A stretch of DNA of 64,000 nucleotides, taken from NCBI GenBank assembly GCA_000934665.2, contig KZ538395.1:1-64000 (forward strand), read 5' to 3'. Source of the DNA: Catajapyx aquilonaris. Lineage: Eukaryota. Of this stretch, positions 1 to 12,300 are shown piece after piece. Under the pieces are notes generated by a model. It saw only the letters and a program-made list of their open reading frames with translations, ran no database searches and had not been told where the DNA came from. Within the stretch, counting starts at the first letter, position 1; each line of letters opens with the position of its first letter. The position numbers and the translations under genes were made by a program.

Positions 1-3000
1 GCTATTCACTGCCCACTCCAAAACCTGGATCTTTTCAGATGATGTTGGGGCAACATCACCAGGGGACAATGCCAAGTGAAGGAATTGCCTGACAATGGTT
101 ACAAAATTACTTGTCGGTCAGTAAGCATGTTTACTGACCAATGCATCGTAGCCTCCCAGCGAGTTATTGCTTAACTGCTACTTTAATTACTCTCTCGACT
201 GAGATTGAAGTAACGCTGCCCTATAGCCGAGAGTGCCCATCAAAAAATTCAGGCAACAATGTTCTTGAACACCATACAAGGCTTAGAGCAGATAATACAC
301 GCAAACAAAAAAGCGGCGAGGCCTGCAGGGGTGATGGCAAGAACAAAAGAGACGCCTGCAGATAGCGTCAATCAGAGCTATCTGATCTCTCACTCCCAAG
401 TGACCGGTTGAAGCTGACCACACTTTTGGAGCAGCGGTTTGTGTCCTTAGTCTAAGCTTGACCATGGCATGGGGGAACTGACGACGTCGTGTGTTATGGC
501 AACTTTTTTTTCAGTCGAGGGGAGACTCTCTGGACTGGTGATGGATGGCCATCTTTTTATTCGGTAGCACTCCGTTATCTCTGACGTTGTCATGGGCTGG
601 AGCCTAGGCCGATGCTTGGGAACACGCAGCCTGTGTCCCAACTTTGCTTCCGACCATGTTTTATTGGCTGGCTCAGGACCTAGGGTATACCTTTCGTGCG
701 TTTTATAGCTGGGGTAGTTGTAGATACATTGCCGGTTTTTTTTTTTGGGGGGGGGTTATCAAGTGAAGGATCAGAATGTTTGCTAGTTTGGCCTCTATAT
801 GGAAACATTATGCACGGAAATTATGCGTGCCATCCCCGCAAATTTCCGGGGGAATTATTTTCGTTACTAATTTAGGTAATTTCGTAATGCAAATTTGAAT
901 GGAACATTATTAATTCCGTAAATACAGCAGAGGCCGGCCGTTTTTGCGGTTTTCATTTGATAGTTGGCTAGGCATTTTCCACATATGTATAGGCTTCCAT
1001 AGCAACGTGAAAATTCCGGCCGAATCCGGAGTGAGCGGGTATTTTCAGGTATATGGTTATTTTGTGAGGCTGAAAAAGGCCGAAATCGAGCAATCGAGCG
1101 ACATTCCCATTGGCAACGTTTGACCAAAACTCACATAAAAGACCATTGAGTGTTATTGTGTTGTCAACTTTCATAGGACGCCAAATGTGACCAATTTGAA
1201 CTATGCAGCAACAATCATAAGTCCTATGACCTGTCAAGGATTTTTCTTGTCTTTCATACATCTAAAAAAAGGCAACTCATTTTAATAAGGAAGCTCGCAG
1301 TTACATGATACGTAATGGCTACTCTTTTCGTTTGGATAGGATATTTTGGGTTCCTAATTAATTGCCAGCCTTTATTAAAACTATAGGCTGATGGATTTCC
1401 AAATTGGGAAGAAACAGGAGAACCTCCAGAAAATTCCATGCCAAGGCCCACATGAGAAATTCCTTTTTTCCAGATCCGGGGATCAAACTGGGTACCTCAG
1501 CTAGGTGAAGCTCCTGGAATTGAAATTTCGGGTTCGCTGTAAAAATGTACGCTCCGGAACCGTGCCCCGCCCTGAGGAAAAGCTGTAAGCGTAATGTTCA
1601 AAGCATGCAATGTGCATTTGGCCATACATGTGACAGGTACCCTATAATCTTGTGCGCTAAGCCCGTGGCGTCTGCGTATGTAGCTTTAACGCTACGGTGA
1701 TTTCCAATCCCTTGTGTTTCTGCACGTACCGCACTTGTATAGGTACAGCTCGTGTCAGCCTTAATTAACGGTACAGAATCAGGATTATCAGAGGGAGAGA
1801 GTCTCTGGAGAATTTTCGACTGCAAAGTATTCCGATTGCTGCAGCTTTGGTTTACTTTGAAGCGGGTTGACAGACTTTAATTTGCTTCCAGGCCCCGCTT
1901 AATTAGACGCGAATATTGTGAGCGACGAAAGAAAAAAAAAAGGCTGAAGAAATTGTCCTCGTACGGGAAGTTTGGATGGTACGGCCGGTACAGTGTTATA
2001 TGGGGGACCTGAAATGCGTTGGGTCCCACTCCTTATTATGGTGATGGATGGATGGTTGACGTGACGGTCGCCAACATGAATGCTGGTGCTTGGTACTGGA
2101 GCCAGAATTCCAGCACCAAAAGTCTGTCACAGACTCCTCATTAGACACTGCTCCCATCAAATTTGTCTAGTATCTCAACTTGTATCACGTCATGTATATT
2201 GTCAGAAAAGGGTGTTGGACACTTCCATCAGCTGACTCTTACCAAGTGTAAAGCACTCCCCTTTCAACCCTCGTGAACAAGCCGTAACCGTATCGTCACA
2301 GATGGCCAGAACTGGACAGAGGAAGTGCAATTCGGCGAAAAGTGACGTTTTGGCACGTGGATGTGGTGGTTCTTTGATCCGGTTCCAGAGATGTGGATAG
2401 AGTAGCAGGATGGGTTTGGGGTGGAAGGGGGGGAGAAAGAGTAGGGGGGGAAGTATAGGAACCGCAGCAGCTGCGCCAGATGTCCAGACCTAGGATCAAA
2501 AGAGTTGAAAAGGTAGAAATTTGAGAAAGAAAGGGTTACGTGAGGGCGCGTGTTACCAGCTGCTGCTATACTGGATCATGGGAGACGCGGGTTGTACAGG
2601 GTGTGCGAAAACGAGGTTAGGTCACGACATGTTTTTTCCCCATCCTCTATGTCCATTGAGATTATGATGCTGCTCTGTTGTGTGGATCTTCATCAACTTT
2701 CGTAACAAGGCTATGCCTGGTAATGTACATGAATTGCGGACTAAACTATATATGAATATCTGTGAATGAATCACTTCTCGGCTTGCACATATGAAAGTAT
2801 TCCTAGATATGGATTTTTCCACTTTGAGATATATTCGGTGCAGGATTCAGAGCTGCTTAGTTCACTTTTTGATAGCATCTGAAGCGGAAGAAAATAATAT
2901 GATCTCATTAATTATCGTGCAATGGCTTCGGAACAAGTGGAGTGAAAATCTCGTTGCGTTGCTGGGGTTACTAGTTGGGATAAGTGGATGCGTTCGAAAC

Positions 3001-5381
3001 TAGTTTTCTGGGAGTGATCCAGTGAATCACCTTTCCCTTCCTTCCCTCCAGACAATTTAGCCGGCAAAGTTTAGGTAGGCAAATGGCTGTTGCGGAAGGG
3101 GGGTAGGTAGGTTGGTCTGGAGAAAATGAAGAAAAAGTGGAAGCCATTAGGGCCCGAAACGCTAAAAGCATAACAAAGCAATAAGAGTATATCGATAGTC
3201 TCCGGACACATTTAACTCAGACTTAGTACCCTCGCCACCTTGATCCAAGTTTAAAGGGAAGGGGGTGGTTGGGGTGGGGGTGGAAGCCAGCATCCATTAT
3301 CTAGGAGAAATTTAATTATTGGCGGAGGTTGCAGCAACGCTTGCTCGCAAGGTTTTAGGGGGGAGAAGATAAGGTGTGCGGGAGAGATCCCAGGATGTCG
3401 CTCTTGTTGCATGGTTATTAAATGGGGCTCGGATCACATTGTACAAGCTTCTGCACTGGTGTATAGCATCCTTCAGCTGCGTCTAACAAGGATCCGCACT
3501 CGCGCACCTGACAAAATTTCACTTGGTAGCAATAAAGTTGGGTTAGATGTGCGGGGCTACGACCCGAGTTTAAGGTTGGAGGGGGTACGACGGCGACTTA
3601 CGACATAACCACTTATAAGTTAGTGGGAGGGCTTTTCAGGCTTGACAAATTTAAGATCAGTTTTGCTCAAGAAGTGCCTCAGCAAAGTTTAGGCTTGGTG
3701 GCAATATCCTGTGAATATTAACCTGGAAATAATTACGTGAAGTAGTGACAACAATTAGAACCGCCAACTGTTTTTTTAAATGTTACACTATAGTGTAATA
3801 TATTTTTAGACCATTGCAGTGTATGGAAATAGCAACATATATTGCCTTAATTACGTAATGTGACCAACAGACGTGTCACTCAGTTTTCTCGTGGTACTTG
3901 ACGCAGGTTATGTGCACAGAAAGGCTAAGAACTAAGCGTATAGTTTTATACAATAAGCTGTAACTGACGAGTTAGACCGTTCATCCGTGTAATGAATGTT
4001 GTTGCGAATTAATTGCTGCCAAAGGTTATAATGCAAAGGCAAAAGAGTGGATAAATGTATCATGAAGTTTATGTTTTCACACGTACTGATCATGTAAACT
4101 GCCACCGGTGCCCAAACTCGGGTTATAGTGAATATTATAGTGTGGGGTTGAAGCATTGGAAAAACTCTCGTAATCGATTTACTGATTCCGATACTTTGGC
4201 TAAATAACACATGCAGGCCAGTCTATTATATCACTGCATGGCTGCAGGTCCCATTTTTTGCGCCATCCTGATAGCTTCAAAAGGAAAGCAGTCCAACACT
4301 GCCAACAGCTACCAGGCTATACAGTAACCTTGCGTTATTACATACAGTCCAAACCACAGCGACGATTTTAAAAAAAAAAAAATCCACTGAAACAACTGCA
4401 TTACGGGGTAAAACGTTTGAAAACTGATAATGTTCAACGGTTATCAGTACCGGATTTCCTCCCCGTACAAGTTTGCTTTCTACTGTAAAGTAGTGGAATA
4501 TTGGTCATCGAGAAGACACGAAATGAATATATTAGTTTCATGAACAAACGTTAAACTGTACTTGATCTTTCATCATGATGTCAGTTGTGATATCGTTGAT
4601 GGATTCAGGTGAACATCCCAGTGCTAGAACGAGATGATGCTGTGCAGGTCATGTACTGCCAAAGTTCAAGAGGATGGTTGGTGGAGGAAGTTTGTTGATT
4701 CTAGCAAACAGTTAGTTGTGATTGTTGCTTCCCTTTAAAGTGAATGCTAAAGTAATCAGTAACCTATACCTATACCTCTTGTACTGGGCAGAACACCACA
4801 ATGTATGTGATAAATATTAGTGACGTAATGACTATCAGTAAAATCCATCGCATTTTTGGGTAGTTTTACATTCCAACTCTAACCGCACTATTGAAAATTA
4901 TCATAAAAGTATTTTATAATTACTGCGGGAGGAACGAAAAAAAGCTTATTAAACCGCCCAATTTGGGCAACTTTTCCCTGAAAGCTTCCATCATGCATAG
5001 TTTTCATTCGCACAATAGTCGAAGGTTAATTACATTAGGATCAATTTGCGCAGTTATTAGCCGTAGCAGAATTGTTCGAATTTTTGCACAAATTTTTCAC
5101 AACCAACATTTTTTGTGTGCGCGCACATTGCACTCAGCATATCCACCCGACACATGAGATGAATCCCATATACATACCCCCCCGTTGAGTGATACGTTAA
5201 CATATAACAAGCACAGGGGGTTTCTATTCCCCGCGCAGGGCACATGTTTAAATTATTACCCAATTGATCAGCATATGGTACGTAAATAATGGAGGTTATT
5301 TTATATTGTAACACGAGTTGCTGGGAATCATTATCATATTGGATTGTGAATTGTTAGTTGGCAAATGAGTGGGATCGGCTT

Positions 5382-5403
5382 GGGAAGGGGAGGGGAGGGG
5401 GGG
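5382..5403 (+). other. Canonical G-quadruplex-forming motif
   Basis: GGG-AA-GGGG-A-GGGG-A-GGGGGGG: four G-runs with 1-2 nt loops. Confidence 0.5.
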
Positions 5404-8363
5404 TACCAGTCTAGTGATTGGATCGTGGTCAATTGAACTAGTGGCGAGCGTTTTGGAAAACGGTTGAAAACCCAGTGCTGCCACCAGCCATTGTATTTGG
5501 AAATGGCGCGTGTGTGTTCCACACTTATGATAGATGAGCTGTTGGACTCGTAAATAGAGTAAGCAATTAAAAGTTCGTCAGGCTCAGAGGCTTGTCTAAT
5601 CCGGGCAGCTTTCAATTTCATGTTAGGCCCTCCCTCCCCCCCACCGGATTTTCTTTTCCAGAACCCCATAGAAAACCTGCACATCTGGCCATCTTCTTCT
5701 GCCTCGAGTCTGACGAAAAAGGGTGGGTGAGAAAAGGGGCCTGGCTGAATCGAGTAGTCGCTAATTAAATGTGAATTAATTACATCCAGTTCACAGCCTG
5801 CAAGTTTCGTGTAAATTATATAACCCCGAGACCGCCCGTCGTACTAGCGGAGCAAGATTCCGACCTAGTTTGTTATTAAATATAAGTGAATTTTCTCCGG
5901 GGCTCTCCTTTGCAATTTACGCAAAGCTAACGTAGGAGGCGACAGGGGGGGTTGGATGGGGGTGGGAAAAGGGGGTCTCTCAAAATTTCAGGTCCCTGCT
6001 GTTCATCTTGTGCTTCTCGCGGAATAAAGCACACAGCAGGGGAAAAAGGCCCCTGAAGGACGCGTTGCCAACTTTCTTTTTAAACGTCGAGTCGTAATCG
6101 CGGTCACGGCGCTTGAATTATCCCGCTATCCGGAGTCAGCTCGGATTTTCTGCAAACCAGTTCTTTCATGCGACTTCACGTGCTTGAAAACCACGAACGT
6201 GGAGGTGTAAGTATTAATTAAGTTGTCTGGCGGAGGTCGACGTGAATGTAAGAGTACTACGGGTGCTGCATCGGGGCACATTTTCTCGTATATGTATAGT
6301 TGTGCTGTGCCAGGTTTTGAATTTTGGATGTCACGTCGCGGGCGCAATTTTCTTGGTGCCAGGACATTTGCAGGTGTATGTGAAAAGTGTGGCGGGATAT
6401 CCGCTGATAACTTTACATGCCGACAAGATTTCTTCGTGCATTTGAATGGTGACCGGAAAGTGAATGAGGTCGTCATATGTCGAGCGCTTCAGGCAGTCTT
6501 GACACGTGCAATGAAAATGCAAAGCGGATGTGTGATGCTGAGGCAGGACGTGACGTGTGGACATTCGGTGCAAAACTTCTTGTCGGTTTGTTGATGCTGG
6601 TTGATCTAAGGCACCTGAAAAGCGATGGACGATGATATCCTGCAGTGGGAATCAAGCCATGTTGCTTCCCAGTGCGGACACCAATGTACATGAAACAGTA
6701 CAGGGGGTCGAAACCAACCTGCCTGAAGCATTTAATCAGCATTTTATTTCGGATACATACACCATAATGAAAAAAAGAGCAGCACCCCCACCCTTTTTTC
6801 CCCCAACCCACCCAACTCATATATCCCAAAACCGATTGAAGTCTGGTAGCTTGAGGCTATACCTTTTGTGGGATTTCTAAATGCGTACCGGACAAAAATA
6901 CTGTGCCTCGACCTCTGCACCTTGTTCCTCCTAGAATAGCCTCTCCCCTGGCAGTCATGATTTTGCATTAATTATTTGCACCAATCGTGCCGAGTGTTTG
7001 AAAGCAGTGTGGCCAGAGCAGGTAACCTATACTGTATTACACCTGCATAAAAAGAGCTTCTGTTGCCAGGTAGAGCTTTCCAAGTATGCGGTCGGATTTC
7101 AGGCAGGTAGTATAATCCGGGTATGGCCCGGAAGCTGCAGGCGAAACCGTAAGACCCCTCAGGAGTCGAGGCACAGGGAGGCATCAGCCCCCTCTCTAGA
7201 ATATCCTCCAGCCAACCAACCAACCAGTATGTAGTAATCTGAGTTTAGCAGAGTCTATTGGCGTCACTTCAACCCCTCCCTATAGCCTGCAGCTTTTGTG
7301 CGGAGCCGTCTCCCGGTTCTTCAATTATTTAAACCCGGGGCTATTGATTTGAAACGAGGGAGAGAATTAGACCTTCGGTTAGCCCCGGCTTCCAAGGAAA
7401 TAAAAGCCGGCTTTTCGTGGAAGTACTATGCCCGATATAAAGTTTGAGGGCAGTCAACACATCGGCCAATCGCAACACGTTAGTTGATGAGGATGTTAAT
7501 TTGAGTTCCGTCCAATGTTTTACAAGTACACAAAAAAAGGTCGAAATTTGCTTGGAATTGTGTCTTAATTCGTCAGTGGCAAGCGGACTGGGACTGGTTT
7601 GTGCCTGGCCCGGGAAATTCATTCCCGAGCACAACTTCCTCTGTCCCGACCGAAGCCTCTTACCGCCCTGGATGATTGGGGAAATGAGGTGGAAACCGCA
7701 CTGCAAATCCCAGAGTTCCATCCAACTGTGAAATGTCATCATCGTAGAGATCTAGAAAGTAAAGCCAGACTCTCGCCCGAGTATATTTGTCGCGCCAGTT
7801 TTCAATCCGCCAATCCTCTCTCTCTCTGGCCAAAACCTCTCTCTACAACTGTGTAAGGTTGCCAGGAACCGAAGATCTTTTTCCTGTTCCCTAACCCCAG
7901 TTGAAATAATGGGATGTGTTCTTACGCAGCGATTCTCACACTCCGCAAAAAAATAGTTGGGAGGGGGGAGGTGGGGATAAAATCGACCTCTCTGGTGAGG
8001 GTTAAAAAAAAGTAAAAGGAAATTTGAGGTCACGCCTGTCGATCTTTGGTCACCGATCCCTTTCCGCGGCCTGGGTTTTCAAAGTGGATTCCTCTGTCCA
8101 GTCTCCGGTCAGAATTGCGCGAGAAATGTTTCTGAACGGTTGTCGCCGCGGCAATGCGGCTGCAAGAACTGGGCGAGATCGATACCTTATTGTCGCGAGA
8201 CCTGGCCTACCACGCGAAAAAAAAAAAAAAAGAGTGGACATATTGTGTGGGAGGACCTGTCACAATGGATACATGAGTTTAAAGGCGACGACTCGAGTAG
8301 GAGAAATGTAACTGGCCGCTCATTTGGAGGAATTGAGGATGAAAATTTTTCGAATATGTCCGA

Positions 8364-8659
8364 CTAGCAGGAGACGCGTTCTTCGCACTGTGATTGATAA
8401 ATAAATGTGCCCACAGTAGCCACAGATGAGACACCAAACGGAATTTTTTTAAATCCTAAATTTTGGGAATTTAGACTTTAAAAAATTGCCAGTTTTCGGA
8501 CTTTTTCCTGAATCAGCGTGCCGCTGATTCAGGGAAAAGTCCGAAAACTGCAATTTTGTCAGTAAGATTGCGTAAGACGTCAGTACTCCGGAAGTGGGTT
8601 AGGTAGCCGTGACATACATAAATACCAACAAACTTTCTGCTTTATATGATTATGTAAGA
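8364..8659 (-). mobile_element. Non-autonomous Helitron-like element, copy 1 (internally rearranged)
   Basis: On the minus strand it starts A|TCTTACATAATCATATAAAGCAGAAAGTTTGTTGG and ends ...CTGCTAG|T, i.e. 5' TC, 3' CTRR, inserted at A/T with no TSD. It is homologous along its length to 31337-31587 (shared blocks such as CAGTTTTCGGACTTTT, AGTGGGTTAGGTAGC and TACATAAATACCAACAAACTTTCTGCTTT). Confidence 0.8.
8482..8557. repeat. Long inverted repeat (fold-back) inside Helitron copy 1
   Basis: 8490-8518 and 8522-8550 are reverse complements at 28 of 29 positions around a 3-nt loop (TGC). The pairing extends outward with AAAATTG/CAATTTT after one bulge. Confidence 0.95.
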
Positions 8660-9256
8660 TGACATAGACGTGTCTTGTAACAAGATTACATTGTTGCGAG
8701 GTGTGCATCGGCGGAGTGACTGCCAGAAGCTGAACAAATCAATGGGGAATTGGTGGTGAAACAAACCTGTTCAAAGCCGGGTTTATTGCCAAATTTGGGA
8801 CCACCTTGATTCCAGTTGCAACAGTGCGAAAACCATCACCCTCGTCCCTGGGCTACTGGTATGTATTAAAAAAAACACACAGAGGAAACGCCCACTGGGG
8901 AGGGACAAAAAGCCGTGCTTGACAATCGGATGTTAATGACTGCGCTTGGAGAGATCAACTGGTTGTCCGGAGCGAATGGCGTGACCTGTCGTGTACCACA
9001 TTACCTGACACGCACACCACACACACTCTCTCGGAAAACCCTGAATGTGTTTTTATCTCCACACACCGCCATTCGTCCCAGCCTCCTTCTCGCTCAACAG
9101 CAAGAGTGGAGGTGCGTGTCCACCAATGTAACTGTCACTTGTAACCACACACACACACCCAATCCGATCCGATCCTTCCAAATGGAAGCTGCCCAAGTGA
9201 TTTTTAACTAGCAGTGAGACCGGAGTTCTTTTGGGCAGCTGGCTGAATCACAAAAA

Positions 9257-9340
9257 TTTCGTCCCACTGCTAGTTATATACTGCTAATTTAGCAGTTCCC
9301 CTGCACTGCTAACTTAGCAATAACTAGCAGTGGGACGAAA
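9257..9340. repeat. Perfect 21-bp inverted repeat enclosing two small palindromes; MITE/foldback-like remnant
   Basis: TTTCGTCCCACTGCTAGTTAT (9257-9277) and ATAACTAGCAGTGGGACGAAA (9320-9340), with internal ACTGCTAATTTAGCAGT and TGCTAACTTAGCA. Further TAGCAGTG units lie at about 9209 and 9372. Confidence 0.85.
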
Positions 9341-12300
9341 ATTCAACGCATACTTGCTAGCTGTTTGTTAGTAGCAGTGACAAAATCGCTGCTGTGTTTG
9401 TAACGTCAGTAAAGAGGACAGCTATGCCGAATTTGGTGGGTGTCCGATCTGAGATTGAACATGGGCCGGGCCATAATTCAAACGTCAGCTGGGTGGCGTG
9501 TATCAAACGGCCCAGTGCAGATTTTGGGTTGGGGGGTGGGAGGCCCGGGCATTGAATTTGACTGTTATCCCGCAGTCCCCGAGAGTGATATAGGAGTGGT
9601 TACGGTAGATAAGCAACGTGTCTCTCTGGGAGATGCCGCACAACCCGGGAAAATGGGCGCGGAATTTATCAGACTTTGGAGAGGCATCCATATTGGAGCG
9701 GTCTGATAGCGCTCTGGGTACACATAAGTAACACCCAGTGGAAGCGATGCTTTCTTCACATTTACACTGGAAGTTGGAACTTAAACCGGCACTTGAAATC
9801 TTATATACAGAATTCACAACCCCGTAAACAAGTTGACTCGTCACCTAGGTTCACTTTCCCCGTCCATTCGTTCAACAACATTAGAGGACAGAGTAGTATG
9901 GCACCCTGGTGGACTTTGTCCGCGCAGTGACTCATCACCAACGTGCATTAGTACTACTTTCTTCCTGAGAGTCGCAGTAGTGTACAGAGGGAGAACCTAT
10001 GCGCCTAGTGGCCTGTCGTACTATACGTCCAAGTTGGGGGGTGGGCCAAGCAGTGTTTCCAAAATTTATTAAAAATAGTCTGTTCTGTCTCACTTCTCTG
10101 TACTTGAGGACGATGTAGGTTAAGGGGTTTTTGGGGACGGGAGGAGCGAAAAGCTGACAAATTGTAACGCGGGGGAGGGTTTTGGGTGCGGAGAAGATGC
10201 ATCGAGGCGTGACGAGGCTCCTTAGGGATGCTGTCAATAGCAGCATCCGGCTGTGGAAGCTGCACATCCCTCAAGAGTGTATCGCTGATGCTATCGGGGC
10301 GTGTCTTTAAGCCCGGGCTCCCCATTTTCGGGGGAGCCCTGGCTGCTACCATTAACATTTAGCGTAATGGGGAAGCCAGGAGGAGGAGGTACGACGTCGG
10401 GGATGCGGGGACAAATTGAGGAAAATGGCGAACGCCGAGGAGGAGCCGGCTGCGAGGTATAAATGAAAATGAAAAACCGCTTTATGGCGTGTCCAAATTA
10501 AGAGGAGGAATAACGCCCGTGGCGATTATGTGTGCGGAGAGCCAAGGCGCCTCCGCATTTTCCTTTTTCTGCAACTTTTTTTTTTTTTTGTTGGAGCAAG
10601 GGAAGGAGAGAGCCCTGTAAATATAAATGCGGGCTGCGAGTTATAATATACGAAAGGAGCATATAAGTAACCCGAGGCATTCGCGAGCGGACAATTTCGT
10701 CATATTCATTCGGCGTGTAACTCAGCCAGGACGACCGGCATTGTGTGGCCTGGCTCAGTTTATGGCGTTGCAGAGCACTAGACACACCCGGCGTTCATTT
10801 ACGCCAGCTTACACCCGGGGAGAATTCCAAAGAGGCTCACTTAATACTCGGCTGCATGACCTGCACTCAACATGCAACTACTGTATACCCTCGGAGCTAA
10901 GTACTGGGTGATTGTAATGTTTAAAAAAACAAATATATATGTGGGGTTGTGCCGTTCTGAAGGATTGACTTTCCAGCACACCTTGTACTTGGTGTTGGTC
11001 TTGAGAACAGCAGCCAACGGGCGAGACAACATGGACTGGCAGTAAAAATGGGCCGGGTAACCCTGTAGGGTCCACTTAGTGCTAATTTACGGTGGTGCAC
11101 GTTTCGGCCCCTTGTTCCGATTGCAAATTCCTATTAAGCAAATTAAGCCTCCGTGCTCTGCCCTGCCCGGATGGAGCTCCAGGAATACACAACGATGCTT
11201 CACCTCAGGAGCAGAATAGCCCCCCCTTCTCTTTTCCACTTTTGCTGCCCATCCCCCGGATTTTTAGAGGGGGTCGGTTTGGGTACTAGCCAGCACTCTC
11301 CGGATTTTCTTGTGCAAGCCGTATCTTCCCCCTATACTGCCGTTTTCCTAGGCTCTCCCCTGGTGAAATTTATTGATTCCGGCTGCTGCTGGTGCTGCTG
11401 CTGTTAATAAAGCCCAATTACCCTGTCCTGTTCATTATAATGCGATAATTATGCTGACGGAGCATGAAGAGTGTAAGTTGCTGCTGAAATGAAACTATTG
11501 TATGCGCCGCATAAAGAGCTTTGCGGGGGGACTATCACAGCTGACACACGAGTCCCCAAATAATGCCATGGATGTAGGTTTCGGTTACAACAAGGGTAGG
11601 ATTTATTATAATAATATGATAGCTGCTGCACTCGCTTGTATTATTGCGGGGCCGGATTCTCTCCCACATTTATGCAGGCGAGCCGGGTATGCTTGCATCG
11701 CAGGCTCGGGTGAGTGAGTGTGTGTGTGTCTCGGATAATGCTGTAAGGCCGATTACTATGTTGGGTACGTGTCCAATTCCAGCCCTCCGCATGTTCGGTG
11801 GTTTTTGCGTGCACAACACCCGTGACATTATAATGCATGGTAATTTGGCATACCAGGAATTGTGTTAACTTATTTACGCTGCCATCAAAAGGCATTAACA
11901 AGTGGTTTTCATGGGGGTACTTTGTGCTAAACCTTCCATAATATATACTATTTGCGCGGCATTAATTCCGCGTAAACAAAAATTTGTAAAATGGAGTTAC
12001 CAGCCTGCGCGTAACAGAATAAGATTTGAACATGTTACCTGCTTTCAGCTACACAAGTTGGAAGCGACTTGAAGCAGCACTTCATATAGCTATAGTGTAT
12101 GATTTGATGCGAACAGTTCCGATTATTTTCCCTGCTGGTCCCCCTTTTGAGCGAAGGGTATATAGATCAATTTGAGTAATTTGGAGGCAAAGTTGTGCCG
12201 GGGTTTAGAAAAGGTGAGTGTTTGTGCACCGTGAGCTTGAGCGCAGGAAATGGTTGGAAGGTGAAGTATTTGCTGAGCCGAGCGTGAGGGCCAAGTAGCC

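Noticed and set aside
1476..1498. Reverse B-box-like tRNA/SINE fragment CCGGGGATCAAACTGGGTACCTC
   Set aside because: Too short and degenerate, with no A-box at the expected distance.
6126..6594. Cluster of overlapping ORFs on both strands
   Set aside because: No domain, transposase or RT motif, and no consistent splice signals.
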